From contig CBFHKU010000006.1 in the NCBI GenBank assembly GCA_965656495.1, forward strand, positions 32,001 to 96,000: DNA of 64,000 nt, given 5' to 3'. The notes under the pieces are model-generated. The model was not told where the DNA came from. It searched no databases and worked only from the letters and a program-made list of their open reading frames with translations. The DNA is from Coraliomargaritaceae bacterium (GTDB lineage: Bacteria > Verrucomicrobiota > Verrucomicrobiia > Opitutales > Coraliomargaritaceae). Position 1 is the stretch's first letter; every line of letters begins with the position of its first letter. Of the stretch, positions 60,409 through 64,000 are shown piece by piece. A program made the translations under genes and the position numbers.

Positions 60409-61005
60409 TTATTCTTTAATTATCTGAAAGGAAGTTATGTTGGCTTTCACGCTGTCAAATGTGAACGCTTCCATTTCTTCCGGGTTATCGCTTTTGGGGA
60501 TACTGCGCTCCTCCTTTACGGAAGTCGCTTCGCCTGGAGCCAGAATTTTTATTCCATGAAGCGATTTGTGCTTTGTGTCGATGAGGATGCCATCTTTGTA
60601 GTAATCAAGGTTAAGTTTGATATACTCAATGGGGTAGTCACTCTCATTCTTGAGGGTAAGGATGACGCTTTGCCGCGTTTCCCATTGGGTGGGAATTTCT
60701 TTCAAATTTTCGATTTTGATTTGTTTGCGCACCTCAAGAAATGAGAATTTTTTGTCGGACTCCTGAGTGCTGTTCCAACCACTCGAGAACCCAACTTTGA
60801 TTTGATTGGCTAATTGTTCCGCTAAATCCTGAACGGCCTTGGTTTTTTCGGCATCACTCGTGGCGTCTGCAGCAATCGCAACAAGTGTATCATATGTGGC
60901 CTGTATCTCGCCTGCGAGGTGAGCTTTGTTTTGCTTTGCGAGGACGAATGCCGCTACAATAACGATTAAAGTGATGGCGATGGGGCTATTGATGATTTTG
61001 TTCAT
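60409..61005 (-). CDS. Hypothetical membrane-anchored protein (C-terminal Ig-like/FxLYD-like part)
   Basis: N-terminal TM; LKNES...I...LDYY.DG.LID...ILAPGE. Confidence 0.6.
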   Translation of the reverse strand: MNKIINSPIAITLIVIVAAFVLAKQNKAHLAGEIQATYDTLVAIAADATSDAEKTKAVQDLAEQLANQIKVGFSSGWNSTQESDKKFSFLEVRKQIKIENLKEIPTQWETRQSVILTLKNESDYPIEYIKLNLDYYKDGILIDTKHKSLHGIKILAPGEATSVKEERSIPKSDNPEEMEAFTFDSVKANITSFQIIKE

Positions 61006-61093
61006 AATATATAATTTTCAATATATAGTACATGGGATTAATTTGTAAATAATATAGGTGCGGATGGACGTTCCTAACTTTTCCGGGGCGTGC

Positions 61094-61405
61094 TCAGTCT
61101 TTTGGCTTCTCGATAATATCGGGGGCGCGGGGGTCGTTGCCGGCGGTTTTGTGGTAGCGTCCGGTGAGTTTGTCCTTCTCGTATTGGGTGAAGCCTTTTT
61201 GGGTGAGGTTTTTATTGTCGAGGGCGCGCTGGTTGGCTTTTTCGGAGTAACGGGTGTTGAGGGCGGGGCTGGCGAGCACTTTGCGGATGGGTTTTCCGGT
61301 GTGGGGATGCTGGGTGAGGGGCGCGTCGGACATGGCTTGAATGACCTCAAAGCGGGTGCCGGGGTTGCCGTCGGGCAGGATTTCCTCGTAGGTGTAGGTG
61401 GGCAT
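61094..61405 (-). CDS. FmdB-family regulatory protein, Cys-less variant
   Basis: MPTYTY...FEVIQAMSD.PLT.HP.TG.PIRKV; GFTQYEK tail. Confidence 0.78.
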   Translation of the reverse strand: MPTYTYEEILPDGNPGTRFEVIQAMSDAPLTQHPHTGKPIRKVLASPALNTRYSEKANQRALDNKNLTQKGFTQYEKDKLTGRYHKTAGNDPRAPDIIEKPKD

Positions 61406-61547
61406 GGTGAAGTTCTAAAAGTTGTCTGAAATGGCAGAGTCTTTGCTTATGGCGTTATTGTGATGGGACAAATTCAAATTGTAGCTTGCATGGATTGTGG
61501 GGTCTCGTAAGTTACGGCACTTCAAAACAGATGATTCTTGGAATCAA

Positions 61548-62099
61548 ATGAAATCAGAAAACACAACCCTAGGTTACAACAGCAAAGTCGAAGGCGAGGT
61601 CGTCGTCACTCAGGCGGACGCTGTTATCAATTGGATACGGAAGCACTCGGTCTGGCCGATGCCGATGGGATTGGCCTGTTGTGCGATTGAGCTGATGGCG
61701 GTGGGGGCCTCGCGCTTTGATATTTCCCGTTTTGGAATGGAGGTCATGCGTTTCTCGCCGCGCCAGGCGGATTGTATGATCGTGTCAGGTACGGTGACGT
61801 ATAAAATGGCAGAGGTGGTACGCCGCATTTATGAACAGATGGCGGAACCGAAGTGGGTGGTTGCGATGGGTGCCTGCGCGAGTACGGGCGGGATGTATCG
61901 TTCCTACGCGACCCTGCAGGGGGTGGACCGCATCGTGCCGGTGGATGTTTATGTGAGCGGTTGTCCGCCGCGCCCCGAGGCGCTGCTGGATGCCATGATT
62001 AAACTGCAAGACAAGATTGGCCGGGAGCGCTCGGTCAAGAACTTGACTGCACCGAAGGCTGCCGCGGCTGCGCCGGCCCTCGCGGGGAAGGAGGCGTAG
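61548..62099 (+). CDS. nuoB: NADH-quinone oxidoreductase subunit B
   Basis: [26 protein letters not shown]. Confidence 0.96.
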   Translation: MKSENTTLGYNSKVEGEVVVTQADAVINWIRKHSVWPMPMGLACCAIELMAVGASRFDISRFGMEVMRFSPRQADCMIVSGTVTYKMAEVVRRIYEQMAEPKWVVAMGACASTGGMYRSYATLQGVDRIVPVDVYVSGCPPRPEALLDAMIKLQDKIGRERSVKNLTAPKAAAAAPALAGKEA

Positions 62100-62100
62100 C

Positions 62101-62712
62101 ATGAGCGACGCGAATTTCGCATCCCTGAAGGAGCGTTTCGCCTATTTGACCGAGCGGGATTCTGCGGATCACCTCGCGGTGAATTGTCCGGCGGAGCATC
62201 TCTTGGAATGCTGCACCGCCTTGCGCGATGATTTCGGCTATGATCTTTTGGTGGATGTGACCGCAATTGATTGGGCTGCCGAGACGAGCCCGCGCTTTAC
62301 CGGGATTTACCATATTCTTTCAACGACGCACCATGCCTATATTCGGATTGCGTCGGATTGCGTCGATGATGCCGCGCCGAGTCTTCCGAGTCTGGCAGGG
62401 ATCTTTCCGGCGGCGAACTGGCACGAACGCGAGACCTACGACATGATGGGCATTCGCTACGAGGGTCACCCGGATTTGAAACGGATCCTAATGTGGGAGG
62501 ACTATCCTTACCACCCCTTGCGGAAGGAATTTCCTCTGGCGGGGATTGAGGTGCCTTTCCCGGCCGCGGATGTGGCGGAAACCGCCAATGCGAAAGTGTT
62601 GCCGGCACCCATGATGGGCGGGCCGTTTGTTTCTCCTGCGGATGGAACGATGCGGGAAATTGAACCGCAGGCGAAGGACGAGAGTTGGACGGAAAAGGAG
62701 GAGAACCGCTAA
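62101..62712 (+). CDS. nuoC: NADH-quinone oxidoreductase subunit C
   Basis: ANWHERETYDMMGI, HPDLKRIL, HPLRKEFP. Confidence 0.95.
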   Translation: MSDANFASLKERFAYLTERDSADHLAVNCPAEHLLECCTALRDDFGYDLLVDVTAIDWAAETSPRFTGIYHILSTTHHAYIRIASDCVDDAAPSLPSLAGIFPAANWHERETYDMMGIRYEGHPDLKRILMWEDYPYHPLRKEFPLAGIEVPFPAADVAETANAKVLPAPMMGGPFVSPADGTMREIEPQAKDESWTEKEENR

Positions 62713-63950
62713 TGGCCACCACTAAGGAAATTTCGATAGGAGACCTCGGCGCGCGCGCAGGCGTGGCAGAGGAAGAGCTGAAGGGCGAAACCATGGCCCT
62801 GAACGTGGGACCGTCTCACCCGACGACTCACGGGGTGTTGCGTCTGTTGACGGAATTGGACGGTGACATCATCACGAAGTGTGAACCGGTGATTGGATAT
62901 TTGCACCGGGGTGATGAGAAGATCGCGGAGAACATGACCTACAATCAGTTCGTGCCTTACACGGATCGTTTGGACTATCTTGCGCCGCTGGCGAACAATG
63001 TGGCGTTTGCAATGGCGGTGGAAAAGTTGGCGGCTTTGGAGGTTCCGGAGCGTTGTCAGGCGATTCGGGTTTTGTGCTGTGAATTGGCACGCATTTCCTC
63101 GCATTTGTTGGGGATCGGGGTTTTCGGAATGGATGCGGGTGCTTGGACGGTCTTCATGTACACCTTCACGGAGCGCGAAAAACTTTATACTTTATTTGAG
63201 GAATTGACGGGGGCACGTTTCACTACGAGCTACACCCGGATTGGTGGGGTGGCGCGCGACATCCCGGAGGGCTGGCTTGGTCGCGTGACGGATTTTATCA
63301 ATGGAGTGCTTCCGGTTCTGGATCAAATTGACAAGTTGCTGACCCGCAACCGAATTTTCGTGGATCGCACTCAGGGCATCGGAGTTATCTCGCGCGAGGA
63401 CGCCATCGCTTATGGTCTGACGGGGCCGAACCTGCGTGCCTCGGGCGTAGATCTCGACCTGCGCAAAGACAAGCCCTATCTCGGTTACGACAAGTATGAT
63501 TTTGAGGTACCGGTCGGTACAACGGGTGATTGCTACGACCGTTATCTGCTCCGTGCCGAAGAGGTGCGCCAGTCGGTGCGTATTATTCGTCAGGTCATTG
63601 ATACGATTCCCGACGGCAGTTTTTACGCGGAGGATGCCAAACGTATCTTCTCGCCGCCAAAAGAAAAGGTGCTGACGAGCATGGAGGAGTTGATTCAGAA
63701 TTTCATGATCACGACCGAGGGGCCGCAGATTCCAGCCGGGGAGGCGTATTTTGAAGCGGAGAATCCGAAAGGGGCGCTTGGTTTTTATTTGGTCTCAAAG
63801 GGTGGGGGCGTGCCGTACCGTCTCAAGATTCGCGGTCCTTCTTTCTGCTCGCTCAGTATACTCGACAAACTTGTACCCGGTCATTACATGACGGATATTA
63901 CCGTGATTTTAGGATCGCTGGATTTTGTGATGGGGGAGTGTGACCGCTAG
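62712..63950 (+). CDS. nuoD: NADH-quinone oxidoreductase subunit D
   Basis: NVGPSHPTTHGVLRL, GYLHRG.EK, DRLDY, DFVMGECDR. Confidence 0.97.
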   Translation: MATTKEISIGDLGARAGVAEEELKGETMALNVGPSHPTTHGVLRLLTELDGDIITKCEPVIGYLHRGDEKIAENMTYNQFVPYTDRLDYLAPLANNVAFAMAVEKLAALEVPERCQAIRVLCCELARISSHLLGIGVFGMDAGAWTVFMYTFTEREKLYTLFEELTGARFTTSYTRIGGVARDIPEGWLGRVTDFINGVLPVLDQIDKLLTRNRIFVDRTQGIGVISREDAIAYGLTGPNLRASGVDLDLRKDKPYLGYDKYDFEVPVGTTGDCYDRYLLRAEEVRQSVRIIRQVIDTIPDGSFYAEDAKRIFSPPKEKVLTSMEELIQNFMITTEGPQIPAGEAYFEAENPKGALGFYLVSKGGGVPYRLKIRGPSFCSLSILDKLVPGHYMTDITVILGSLDFVMGECDR

Positions 63951-63960
63951 ATTCGAAGCT

Positions 63961-64000
63961 ATGAATTTAAAGCCTGAAACGATTGAAAAAATTGACCGCC
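63961..64000 (+). CDS. nuoE: Probable NuoE start (truncated by window end)
   Basis: MNLKPETIEKIDR immediately after nuoD; assignment by position only. Confidence 0.6.
   Translation, partial: MNLKPETIEKIDR

Larger units (their letters stand above)
59348..61152. mobile_element. Cassette bounded by a perfect 47-bp direct repeat of the FmdB-like gene 3' end
   Basis: 59348-59394 identical to 61106-61152; lower-GC genes in between. Confidence 0.75.

Overview
Chromosomal window from a GC-rich bacterium, most likely Verrucomicrobiota (Opitutales/Puniceicoccaceae-like). This is inferred from the PEP-CTERM protein, GlyQS-type GlyRS, a bS22/COX24-like peptide and gene style. Most of it is housekeeping: prc, glyQS, a pst/phoU operon with a divergent phosphate porin, rnpB, rpsT, pyrE, a folate operon, panD, suhB, mlaEFDCA, eno, purU, carB, rlmN, a lipid A/glycolipid modification cluster, tRNA-Leu(TAA), two amt-PII pairs and the start of nuoBCDE. 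The most interesting items are: (i) a coupled GtrA-sulfotransferase-GT4-deacetylase operon that may make a sulfated amino-glycolipid; (ii) two integrase-free micro-islands bounded by direct repeats (594 bp hicBA at the tRNA-Leu 3' end, and a 1758 bp three-gene cassette at the 3' end of an FmdB-like gene); (iii) an orphan restriction-modification controller (C) gene with an intact C-box; (iv) a histone-H1-like/CBM-like fusion; (v) a family of intergenic short-repeat arrays; (vi) small proteins missed by the ORF track (bS22-like, EF-hand lipoprotein); and (vii) local GC-skew reversals. All calls come from motif recognition by eye; no database searches were run.
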